Under the pieces are notes generated by a model that was given only the letters and a program-made list of their open reading frames with translations, was not told the DNA's origin and searched no databases. The translations under genes were made by a program, and so were the position numbers. Source: an uncultured Lachnospiraceae bacterium (GTDB lineage Bacteria > Bacillota > Clostridia > Lachnospirales > Lachnospiraceae). From it: a DNA stretch of 24,000 bases. The stretch lies in the NCBI GenBank assembly GCA_910589075.1, contig CAJUSK010000012.1, forward strand, positions 154,428 to 178,427. Direction: 5' to 3'. Shown here one piece after another: positions 7,942 to 15,437 of the stretch (position 1 is its first letter; every line of letters starts with the position of its first letter).

Positions 7942-7982
7942 CCGCCGCAAAATCCATTTTACGAAAAATCCTTTTGCGGCGG
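7942..7982 (-). terminator. Candidate partial terminator/attenuator hairpin between the GrdB-like and M42-like genes
   Basis: 11-bp stem CCGCCGCAAAA / TTTTGCGGCGG with a 19-nt loop. In minus sense it is followed by TCTTTTC. The loop is large and the U-tract is interrupted, so function is uncertain. Confidence 0.3.
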
Positions 7983-8003
7983 CACTTTTAAAATTTTATA
8001 TAC

Positions 8004-8528
8004 TTAATAGCAAACCCGATTGCGGACATTCTCAAGTTCTGCTGACTGCTCTACCATGCATTTCATAAACTCGCACAAATCCGCAAAGCTGTCATTCAAA
8101 CCGGTACCGCCCTTTTTCGGCATTTTCAGTATAGGCGTTTTGTCTTTGAATGCCGCGATGGTATCTCCGTTCTCAACAGACATCATGGCACAAGACTTGA
8201 TATCGGTGTTTTCCAGAATCGAAGTGGAAATCATGGCAGCCATCCGTGCATAATCCGGATAGTTGAAGCAAGGCCCGCACAAAACGAAGTCCGGATTTAC
8301 CTTTTTAGCCATTGCTGTCATCTTTTTCACTACTTCTTCTTCATTGTTCTGAAAATACTCATTGCCACAGTACAGCGTAGCTGCAACCTGCGCTCCGATT
8401 TTTTCAAAATGCGGCTCCAGCATCAGGGAGGAACCAATCCCGCCTTTCACGGCAGTCAGGCCCACGTTCGGATTGGATTTTCCACCGGCCCCTGCCAGAC
8501 CCTGATCAAAAATCAATACAACTTTCAT
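8004..8528 (-). CDS. GrdB N-terminal-domain-like protein (glycine/sarcosine/betaine reductase component B family, short stand-alone form)
   Basis: 174-aa ORF. From memory of GrdB N-termini, MKVVLIFDQGLAGAGGK..., ATLYCGNEYFQNNEEEV and NPDFVLCGPCFNYPDY resemble VVHYINQFFAGIGGEEKAD, VICGDSYFNEN and PDLFIAGPAFNAGRYG. AGGAGG RBS is present. Confidence 0.6.
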   Translation of the reverse strand: MKVVLIFDQGLAGAGGKSNPNVGLTAVKGGIGSSLMLEPHFEKIGAQVAATLYCGNEYFQNNEEEVVKKMTAMAKKVNPDFVLCGPCFNYPDYARMAAMISTSILENTDIKSCAMMSVENGDTIAAFKDKTPILKMPKKGGTGLNDSFADLCEFMKCMVEQSAELENVRNRVCY

Positions 8529-8561
8529 ATTCAGCCTCCTGTTATTTCAGGTGGATTGTCA

Positions 8562-9914
8562 TTAATCCAGTTCCAGATCGTCAAAGGACAGATCATCCAG
8601 TTCATCCGTCTCATTGCCTGCTGCACTTTCTTCCTGCACATATCTCTGATCCAGCAGTTTGAAGAATGGATAATAGATGAGGATATCCACCGCCAGCATC
8701 ACAATCTGGACCACAGAGCCCATGACGGAACCTGTTACCAGGAATCCGGAGAAGATAATCGGACAGGTCCATGGCAACTGGACACCCAGCGTAATCGGCA
8801 TAATCCCCGTTACCGTAGCCAGATAGCCGATAATCGTATTTACAACCGGTGCAAAGATAAACGGAACTGCCATCAATGGGTTCAACACAATCGGCAGACC
8901 AAAAATAAGCGGCTCATTGATACCGAAAATTCCGGCCGGCAGTGACAGTCTGCCCAGAGTTTTCATACGGTTGGACTTTCCAAGGAAGGCCATCATGATA
9001 ACAAGGCCCAGTGTGGAACCGCCGCCACCGAAGTTGCAGAAGAAATCCGAGAAACCTGCAGTGAAGATATTGGTCATTTCCAGACCTGCCTGTGCAGCTT
9101 CATAGTTTTCAACTGTCAGCACTTTATGGATCGGGCTGAAGATCGTATTGGTTACAGCCGGTCCGTTGATACCGAAGAACCAGAACAGTGTGGAGAGGAA
9201 CTGGTAAATTACCTCGAATCCGGACAGTTTGCCCAGACCCACCAGTGGCGTCTGCAGTACTTTGTAAATGAAATAATGTACATATTCGAAGGATGTATGA
9301 TCGAAAATAATACCTACAACAAAGAATATTGTCATCGCTATGGCAGAAGGAATCAGGGAAGCAAACGATTCCATAACCATAGGCGGCACACCGTCGGGCA
9401 AACGGATAATCAATTTCTTCTTAATCGCCCATGCATAAATCTCTACGGACAAAATTGCCGTGAGCATTGCCAGGAACATACCTGCAGTACCCAGGAATGT
9501 AAACTGGAATCCGCTGAAAGATGCCGCTTCTGCTGCCCCTTCCAGTTCCACGAATGTTTTCTGAGGCGTAATAATCAGGAAACATACCATTGCCACCACG
9601 CCGCCGGCGATACGGTTTTCCAGCCCTTTTTCTCTGGCATAACAGTACCCGATACTCAATACGCCGAGGAGTGCCACACAGTCAAATGCTATAGCGGATA
9701 CTCTGCCCAGATATGCGTCCCAGCCTTCTCCGAATATGGAAGTCATCATATTCAGAAAACCTTCCAGCGGGAAGTTGGAAATCAACAGGAAAATCGAACC
9801 TACAATGGTGATCGGAACCGTAACCAAAAAGCCGTCACGGATAGCGATCAGTATCTTGTTCCTGGAGAGCACATTCGCAATGGGCATCAGGATTTTTTCA
9901 AGTTTCTGCATCAT
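8562..9914 (-). CDS. PTS EIIC, lactose/cellobiose (chitobiose) family
   Basis: 450-aa polytopic membrane ORF. The N-terminus MQKLEKILMPIANVLSRNKILIAIRDGF is typical of CelB/ChbC-type EIIC. It has an unusual acidic C-terminal tail (ETDELDDLSFDDLELD). Confidence 0.9.
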   Translation of the reverse strand: MMQKLEKILMPIANVLSRNKILIAIRDGFLVTVPITIVGSIFLLISNFPLEGFLNMMTSIFGEGWDAYLGRVSAIAFDCVALLGVLSIGYCYAREKGLENRIAGGVVAMVCFLIITPQKTFVELEGAAEAASFSGFQFTFLGTAGMFLAMLTAILSVEIYAWAIKKKLIIRLPDGVPPMVMESFASLIPSAIAMTIFFVVGIIFDHTSFEYVHYFIYKVLQTPLVGLGKLSGFEVIYQFLSTLFWFFGINGPAVTNTIFSPIHKVLTVENYEAAQAGLEMTNIFTAGFSDFFCNFGGGGSTLGLVIMMAFLGKSNRMKTLGRLSLPAGIFGINEPLIFGLPIVLNPLMAVPFIFAPVVNTIIGYLATVTGIMPITLGVQLPWTCPIIFSGFLVTGSVMGSVVQIVMLAVDILIYYPFFKLLDQRYVQEESAAGNETDELDDLSFDDLELD

Positions 9915-9917
9915 AAC

Positions 9918-10241
9918 TTATTTTCCTCTACTTTCTTTGTACAGCTTCATCGCTTTCTTTAAAACTCTCTCGCCATCCACATTGCCGTAGTCGGTACTGT
10001 CAATGACCGATACCACATGCTCCTGACCATACTTCTCGTTCACTTTGTCGTAGAGATGTTTTACCTGCGGCCCCAACAAAATCACTTCCGGATTGAACTC
10101 ATTTACGATGTCGTTCATCTGTGCGTCGGAAAATGCCTTGATCTCGATGGGCAGTTCATGCGCATCCGCAGTTTTCTGCATTTTGCTTGCCAGCAAACTG
10201 GTGGACATACCTGCGTTGCAGAATAAATAGAATCTTTTCAT
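9918..10241 (-). CDS. PTS EIIB, lactose/cellobiose family
   Basis: 107-aa ORF with the active-site Cys context FYLFCNAGMSTSLL. AGGAGGAA RBS is present. Confidence 0.9.
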   Translation of the reverse strand: MKRFYLFCNAGMSTSLLASKMQKTADAHELPIEIKAFSDAQMNDIVNEFNPEVILLGPQVKHLYDKVNEKYGQEHVVSVIDSTDYGNVDGERVLKKAMKLYKESRGK

Positions 10242-10260
10242 GGTGTTTTCCTCCTTTCCC

Positions 10261-10569
10261 TCATTTCACCTTTTTATACAGTTCGATCAGTTCCACAGCC
10301 AGTAACTTGATCGTCTCTGCCGCCATCAACTGGTCCTCGGCATGCATGAGCAGGAGACATACTTCTGTCTTCTCTCCGCCTGCCTCTTTTGTGATCAGTT
10401 CCGCATGCTGTTTGTGTCCGTTCAAATAACATGCCTCTCCGTGTTTGATTGCCTCTTCTGCTTTTTCGTAATCTCCCTTTTTTGCAGCTTCCAGAGCAGA
10501 GATATAATCACTCTTTGCCTCCCCTACCGCAGAGATGATCTTAAAACAGATCAGTTCCATTTCTTCCAT
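10261..10569 (-). CDS. PTS EIIA, lactose/cellobiose family
   Basis: 102-aa helical ORF. ISAVGEAKSDYISALEAAKKGDYEKAEEAIKHGEACYLNGHKQHAELI is typical of the LacF/ChbA family, including the phosphorylatable His region. GGAGGAA RBS is present. Confidence 0.9.
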   Translation of the reverse strand: MEEMELICFKIISAVGEAKSDYISALEAAKKGDYEKAEEAIKHGEACYLNGHKQHAELITKEAGGEKTEVCLLLMHAEDQLMAAETIKLLAVELIELYKKVK

Positions 10570-10587
10570 ATTGTCTTCCTCCTTATA

Positions 10588-11187
10588 TTATAATTGTGTA
10601 TAATTTGTTTCGCTCTCTTTGCCACATACCACCTGGCTGTCTGACCAGAGATCATGAACCGCTTTTCCTTTTTTGAATACCATCCAGACAGAAATCAGAA
10701 ATGCCCCGAGCATCAGGTAATTCAGCGCATTTCCAATGGCCCCTGCCGTCAGCATGGTAACCATCTGCGTCGCATACTGGCCCGTCAGCATAAACGAGCT
10801 TTCCAGTATCATAATCCCCACAATCTGCCTGACTGCAAGCCGGCCGGCCGGAAGCGCCCCGCCATCCTCACCGACAATCCGGATATTCATCAACCGCTTT
10901 CCAAATGTCTGGCCCTTCCATATTTTGAGCGGAACCACATAGTAGTAAGCAGCTCCAAACAAGAGTCCAAGCAATCCCGCAAGCCAGCCCCATGGCGCTT
11001 CAAACAGAGTCACATCGGTATTGATTGCCGTTTCACCAGTCTGCATATTCCACAGAATCCCTACCGGGACGGCACTGAATGCCGATCCAAGATACCAGTC
11101 CAGTAAAAAAGCAAATCCCCTTCTGTTCAGCGGAGCCGGTATCACTTTCGGTGCGGCTTTGTCAGTCCTGTTTTTCTTCATATCCAT
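10588..11187 (-). CDS. RDD-family integral membrane protein
   Basis: 199-aa ORF (197 aa if the start is ATG 11181, which has better RBS spacing). It has the RDD-domain pattern NRRGFAFLLDWYL...GQTFGKRLMNIRIV...VHDLWSD and 3-4 predicted TM segments. Confidence 0.7.
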   Translation of the reverse strand: MDMKKNRTDKAAPKVIPAPLNRRGFAFLLDWYLGSAFSAVPVGILWNMQTGETAINTDVTLFEAPWGWLAGLLGLLFGAAYYYVVPLKIWKGQTFGKRLMNIRIVGEDGGALPAGRLAVRQIVGIMILESSFMLTGQYATQMVTMLTAGAIGNALNYLMLGAFLISVWMVFKKGKAVHDLWSDSQVVCGKESETNYTQL

Positions 11188-11193
11188 CCTCTG

Positions 11194-13140
11194 TCATTCT
11201 ATTAAACCCACAAATTCACTCGCTGTTTTTGCCTTCATAATCTTTGACAAAAGAAGCGTGTCATCACTTAAATTACCCAGCCAGTCAAAAAATATTTTCA
11301 GAAGTTCCCGCTCGTCATCCCTGACAGCCAAAAGCAGTACCAGACGCACCTGATACTCTCCCCACTGCACAGGCTTTTTCAATATGGCAATGCCCATCGT
11401 CGACCTGATGGCCGAATAATTCAACGCATGAGGAATCGCATACCCGTAACTGAAGGAGGTAAATGCCATCTTTTCCCTTGCAAATGTGGAATCTTTGAAA
11501 CTTTCTTCCACACGTTCCCCCTCATACAGCCGGTCACACATATAGCTGACCACATCCTGCCAGGTATCGCATTCCAGATTATGAAAATAGTACTCTTCCA
11601 TAATCAGACATTTGATAAAATTATCAAATTCCGTTTTATAATGTCTCTGATCCAGTTCCGTTATCGCCCTGAATATCTTATACTCATCGCTGGTGTTCAC
11701 AAACATACTGATGGAAATCATCGGTATATCCAGCTTGTGGGAAAGGGGGATTGTCGAAATAATCAGATCCGGATGGAGACTCTCAATGACTGACGCCTCG
11801 TAATATTTCAATATCCCGTCGATTACAATCCGTTCTCCAAAACGTTCCAGTATCTTATCACTGCACGCCCCTGTGAGGGTACTGCTGTTGGGCTGGATCA
11901 GTACCACATGATAAAAGTACTTGATATTCAGCCGGTCATACGCCGCACCCAGATGGATTGCCAAAAAACCGATCTCATCTTCCGAAACAGAACTGCCCGT
12001 ATATTCCTTGATCACATGACCGATAAAAACACTCATTTCAAACACAAGCGGGTATGTCTTTTTAATCTCCGCCAGGCAGACATTGGAAACAACCGCCTTA
12101 TAGCGAATCCTCTCCAGAAGATTTTGCAGATGCAGGACAATACCATCCTTGAAAATTATGTCACCGGAAAAATCAATGTCATACCGCAGACGGACCGTAC
12201 TGATAATCTTCAGCATCAGTTCTTCCGCCTGTACCAGATACTCCCCTTTGTTATCGAACAGGGTGCTCCTCTGTCTTCCAATCAAAAGATTGGCAAAGAG
12301 GACCACTTCATTTTCATTCAGTTCAAAACAGAGAGTCGCGGTCACTCTGGCAAAAAATTCCATGGCAATCCTGTATTCCAGTGTATCCCTGATTTCACTC
12401 CGGCATCTGTTTGTTTCCACATAGTTGTAATTCATCATCCGCTGGATGGAAACCCCTACGTGGATCATCAGCATGGGAAAAGTCTCCTCACGCACCCGGT
12501 AGCTGTACTTGCCCAGAATTTCTTCCAGAACATTTTTCACCCTGATCAGATCAAAATTCGGAAACAGTTCATCTATTTTATTGATATTGATAAAATTGCC
12601 TTTGGTTTCGTTGGCAAGCAGATCTTTGTAAACAGAACGCTTGCACTCTTCGCTTCCTCTGATATAAATGTGGCTGTCGGTTCTGACCAGCTCCACACCA
12701 TCGTACTTCTCCAGCATTTCGGAAACTTTTTTCATATCATTTTTGATGGTAAACTCGCTGACATAAATATCATATTGCAAGTCAAAAATATTCAGCTTCC
12801 GGGTACTGAAAAGCAGTTTCTCAATAATATATTTGCACCGTTCTTCCGAAGTCTGCGGAATACTTTCTCTCTGCGGAGCGCTGCCCTGTCCGGAACTGCT
12901 CTTTTCGGATATCTCCTGATTGATCCGATATCCGTAGCGCACGCTGGATTCTATCAGCCCACTGCACTCCTTTCTCAGCATTTCCATATCGTTGCGAATG
13001 GTGCGATCCGAAACACTCAGCATTGTGGATAACTCTTTTCCGGTGATCCAACCCTTTTTCTCGTTTAAAATCTCAAGGATTCTTTTCTGTCTCGCTTGCA
13101 TGTGTCTATTATACATGATATGTTTCCCGATTTTTTCCAT
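11194..13140 (-). CDS. PRD-domain transcriptional regulator of the LicR/MtlR/BglG class (HTH + 2 PRD + EIIB-like + EIIA-Mtl/Fru-like domains)
   Basis: 648-aa ORF with an N-terminal HTH (RQKRILEILNEKKGWITGKELSTMLSVSDRTIRNDMEML) and PRD His contexts (MLMIHVGVSIQR, FLAIHLGAAYDR). The C-terminal EIIA-type-2 motif is GYAIPHA. The stop is 6 nt before the RDD gene. Confidence 0.85.
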   Translation of the reverse strand: MEKIGKHIMYNRHMQARQKRILEILNEKKGWITGKELSTMLSVSDRTIRNDMEMLRKECSGLIESSVRYGYRINQEISEKSSSGQGSAPQRESIPQTSEERCKYIIEKLLFSTRKLNIFDLQYDIYVSEFTIKNDMKKVSEMLEKYDGVELVRTDSHIYIRGSEECKRSVYKDLLANETKGNFININKIDELFPNFDLIRVKNVLEEILGKYSYRVREETFPMLMIHVGVSIQRMMNYNYVETNRCRSEIRDTLEYRIAMEFFARVTATLCFELNENEVVLFANLLIGRQRSTLFDNKGEYLVQAEELMLKIISTVRLRYDIDFSGDIIFKDGIVLHLQNLLERIRYKAVVSNVCLAEIKKTYPLVFEMSVFIGHVIKEYTGSSVSEDEIGFLAIHLGAAYDRLNIKYFYHVVLIQPNSSTLTGACSDKILERFGERIVIDGILKYYEASVIESLHPDLIISTIPLSHKLDIPMISISMFVNTSDEYKIFRAITELDQRHYKTEFDNFIKCLIMEEYYFHNLECDTWQDVVSYMCDRLYEGERVEESFKDSTFAREKMAFTSFSYGYAIPHALNYSAIRSTMGIAILKKPVQWGEYQVRLVLLLAVRDDERELLKIFFDWLGNLSDDTLLLSKIMKAKTASEFVGLIE

Positions 13141-13143
13141 ATT

Positions 13144-13164
13144 ATTTCCTAACAGATAGGAAAT
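13144..13164. promoter_or_regulatory. Perfect 8-bp inverted repeat ATTTCCTA-N5-TAGGAAAT overlapping the regulator's RBS
   Basis: Read directly from the sequence. The 3' arm (minus sense) contains the AGGAAA Shine-Dalgarno-like sequence 4 nt from ATG 13140. It could be an operator or an RBS-sequestering hairpin. Confidence 0.35.
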
Positions 13165-13192
13165 TTACTGCGTGAAAATAGTCAGTTTTGCA

Positions 13193-13241
13193 CAAAAGAA
13201 GGAGATATTTCCTTTCTCTGCGGAAATATCCCCTTCTTTTC
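13193..13241 (-). terminator. Rho-independent terminator after the anti-sigma gene (bidirectional in form)
   Basis: 16-bp stem AGAAGGGGATATTTCC / GGAAATATCTCCTTCT (one G-U) with a 9-nt loop, followed by TTTTG in minus sense. It separates the sigma operon from the PTS regulator. Confidence 0.7.
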
Positions 13242-13354
13242 TATATCAGAACTGCATAAAACGGTGGTAATCATTTTGTGAAGTTTATTATAAGCGGTTG
13301 TCAGCTACGCGGCAGTCTCTTATTCTCTCTGTCACAGACCGCCGGAGAATGGCT

Positions 13355-14725
13355 TCAGGAAACGGGCACTTCCAACTCTTTACTGTACAACGATTTTTCC
13401 TTTACATATTGCAGAAAGTCTGCTTCATCCCGATGGGATAACAGGTCCTCTTTCCACACATCAAACAGGCAGATGCAAACAGTCATCCGGTTGACAGCAT
13501 GATCCCCAATGGGCAAAACGGAAACATCGCCTGATCCATTCTCCATCCGGTTCCCCTGCGCGTCAAACACAATGGGAATACAATCCATACCGCCATCCGC
13601 ATAATCCACGGACACTTCAAAGGGCGTAACGTTTATCGTATGCAGCCCCACGCCTTGTTCATTCACCTCTTCCACTGTCACCGCATAATTTCCCGATTCG
13701 TTCACAGACACGGGTATCGTAAAATCCCAGGGACCTTCAAACCAGTAATGCTCAGCCCGATTGGGATACTGATCCATTCCATATTCTTTCATCTTTTCAT
13801 CATACAACGCCTGAAATGCTTCATCCGACATACCTTTCAGTTCTTCCTCACTGACACCCCAGTCTATCTTTTCCGGCTCTGCCAGATCGCCCACAATTTT
13901 TTCCAGATGAATTTCCACTGTGAATTCTTCTGGCAGAGTCAGTTTTTCGGTGTGACTGCGAATCATCTCATCCGTAATGACCACTTCCTCCCCCGATGCT
14001 TCTGCCTTTGCAACTATTTTTTCAAGTTCAGAGTCATCCACCAATACACTGTCAAGACGGATCCGCCAGATACCGGCAAATGTCCGCTCATCCAGAAAAG
14101 TACCTTCCAGATCCTTATCCCCCACGTAAGGATCCTGCGCCCGGAAGGAAAACAGGCTGGAAGCTGCCAGGGACAGGTACTGCCTGCCATCCACATTTTT
14201 CATAATCTTATCCGCAAAAGGTTCCTGGCTTTCCACCAGCATGGATATGCTGAGACTTTCCTGATTACAATACACTTCTGACAGTGTTACCGTGACATCC
14301 CCTACAGTCTGCGTATAAGTCAAAGACGGATCTTCTGCTGTTGTCTCTTCGTCAGATTCCAAAACCGGATCTTCCAGAGGCTGGGCATAGCCTTCATAAT
14401 CTCCTGGATATTCCGATGTCTTCTGCAGCATGGAAAAAATTCGTCCGATGACAGGTATTTTTGCCGCCAACACCGGATTGGCGGAACAGATTCCCAAAAA
14501 CAGCAGCATAAAGGCCGCTGCCGCTGTGGCGGCTTTCACCCATACGGGAACTTTTTTCTTCTGAGATTTCTTCCGTGTGTTCTTCTGTTCTTCTTTCATC
14601 TTATCCTTCTCCTTATGGCTTTCTGACAGTATCTGTTCAAAAGCCGCATCTGCTTTTTGTGTAACAATCGCAGGGAGTTCAATATCCTGTCGGAAAGCTG
14701 AACATATTTTTTCATTTTGATTCAT
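13355..14725 (-). CDS. DUF4179-type anti-sigma factor (single-pass membrane protein with a large extracytoplasmic domain)
   Basis: ORF directly coupled to the ECF sigma gene (ATGA overlap at 14722-14725). It has a short cytoplasmic N-terminus, a Lys-rich segment, a TM helix (VWVKAATAAAAFMLLFLGICSANPVLA) and a ~370-aa external domain. The track ORF starts 2 codons earlier (14731). Confidence 0.7.
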   Translation of the reverse strand: MNQNEKICSAFRQDIELPAIVTQKADAAFEQILSESHKEKDKMKEEQKNTRKKSQKKKVPVWVKAATAAAAFMLLFLGICSANPVLAAKIPVIGRIFSMLQKTSEYPGDYEGYAQPLEDPVLESDEETTAEDPSLTYTQTVGDVTVTLSEVYCNQESLSISMLVESQEPFADKIMKNVDGRQYLSLAASSLFSFRAQDPYVGDKDLEGTFLDERTFAGIWRIRLDSVLVDDSELEKIVAKAEASGEEVVITDEMIRSHTEKLTLPEEFTVEIHLEKIVGDLAEPEKIDWGVSEEELKGMSDEAFQALYDEKMKEYGMDQYPNRAEHYWFEGPWDFTIPVSVNESGNYAVTVEEVNEQGVGLHTINVTPFEVSVDYADGGMDCIPIVFDAQGNRMENGSGDVSVLPIGDHAVNRMTVCICLFDVWKEDLLSHRDEADFLQYVKEKSLYSKELEVPVS

Positions 14726-15243
14726 TTGCATTCCCTCCGCATTTCAGGATAATACATCAGCTCCATTTGCCTGCGGGCCAGCGTCAGACGACGTTTTATG
14801 GTGCTTTCGCTCTCCCCCAGGAGTTTGCCGATTTCTTTTACTTTAAAACCTTCTGCATAATACAGAACAAGAATGACACGGTATTTCTCATCCACACACC
14901 GGAGCATTTCCCGCCACTCTATCATTTCATATTCGGCGCATGCGCTCCCGGTCTGTATGTCCATCATACTGTCACTATACACGAGTTTTCGCCCTTTTCT
15001 GAGGATGTCGTTGCATTTGTTGATGAGAATTCTTGTCAGCCAGGATTTGAAGTATGCCTCCTGCTTCAGCGTATGCAGCTTTTCCCAGCATGCCAGTATG
15101 GTATCCTGAATCGCATCCGCCGCGTCCTCATCATTGGAGAGAATCGCAAAAGCCGTTCTGTACATTCCCTTCATATTCTCCTGCATCAAAGCCACAAACG
15201 CTTCCCCGTCCCGGCGCTTTGCCCTTTTTAGTAATGTGTTCAT
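14722..15243 (-). CDS. ECF-type RNA polymerase sigma-70 family factor
   Basis: 173-aa ORF with a region-2 pattern (DAADAIQDTILACWEKLHTLKQEAYFKSWLTRILINKCNDILRK) and a region-4 HTH (VILVLYYAEGFKVKEIGKLLGESESTIKRRLTLARRQM). Confidence 0.9.
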   Translation of the reverse strand: MNTLLKRAKRRDGEAFVALMQENMKGMYRTAFAILSNDEDAADAIQDTILACWEKLHTLKQEAYFKSWLTRILINKCNDILRKGRKLVYSDSMMDIQTGSACAEYEMIEWREMLRCVDEKYRVILVLYYAEGFKVKEIGKLLGESESTIKRRLTLARRQMELMYYPEMRRECK

Positions 15244-15364
15244 ATCTATTCTCCCTGTTACCTGGCAGCCGCGGCGCCCTGCCTGGCTGTCAGTTCTGTT
15301 TCCCCTGTCCGGACTTTGGGTATTTGAACAACAAAAATGCCTTTCGCTTTTTAGTTGTCATACA

Positions 15365-15392
15365 TTAGACGCAGAACGATCCCAAATGGTTC
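15365..15392 (-). promoter_or_regulatory. Candidate ECF-type autoregulatory promoter (GAACC-N16-CGTCTAA)
   Basis: Minus strand reads cgaACGAACCatttgggatcgttctgCGTCTAAtg, about 120 nt upstream of the sigma ATG. The AAC ... CGTC architecture is typical of ECF sigma promoters. Confidence 0.4.
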
Positions 15393-15437
15393 GTCTGAAA
15401 ATCACTTCACAGGACACACTTTCCTATGAAACAAGTA

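Noticed and set aside
13165-13192. Possible catabolite-responsive element (cre) in TGAAAATAGTCAGTTTTGCA upstream of the regulator
   Set aside because: The central CG of the cre consensus (TGNAANCGNTNNCA) is missing and the half-sites are not symmetric.
15361-15400. Imperfect palindrome CAGACGAACC...GTTCTGCGTCTG upstream of the sigma gene, considered as a terminator or operator
   Set aside because: The arms do not align without indels and there is no U-tract. The sequence is better explained as the -35 (GAACC) and -10 (CGTCTAA) elements of an ECF-type promoter.
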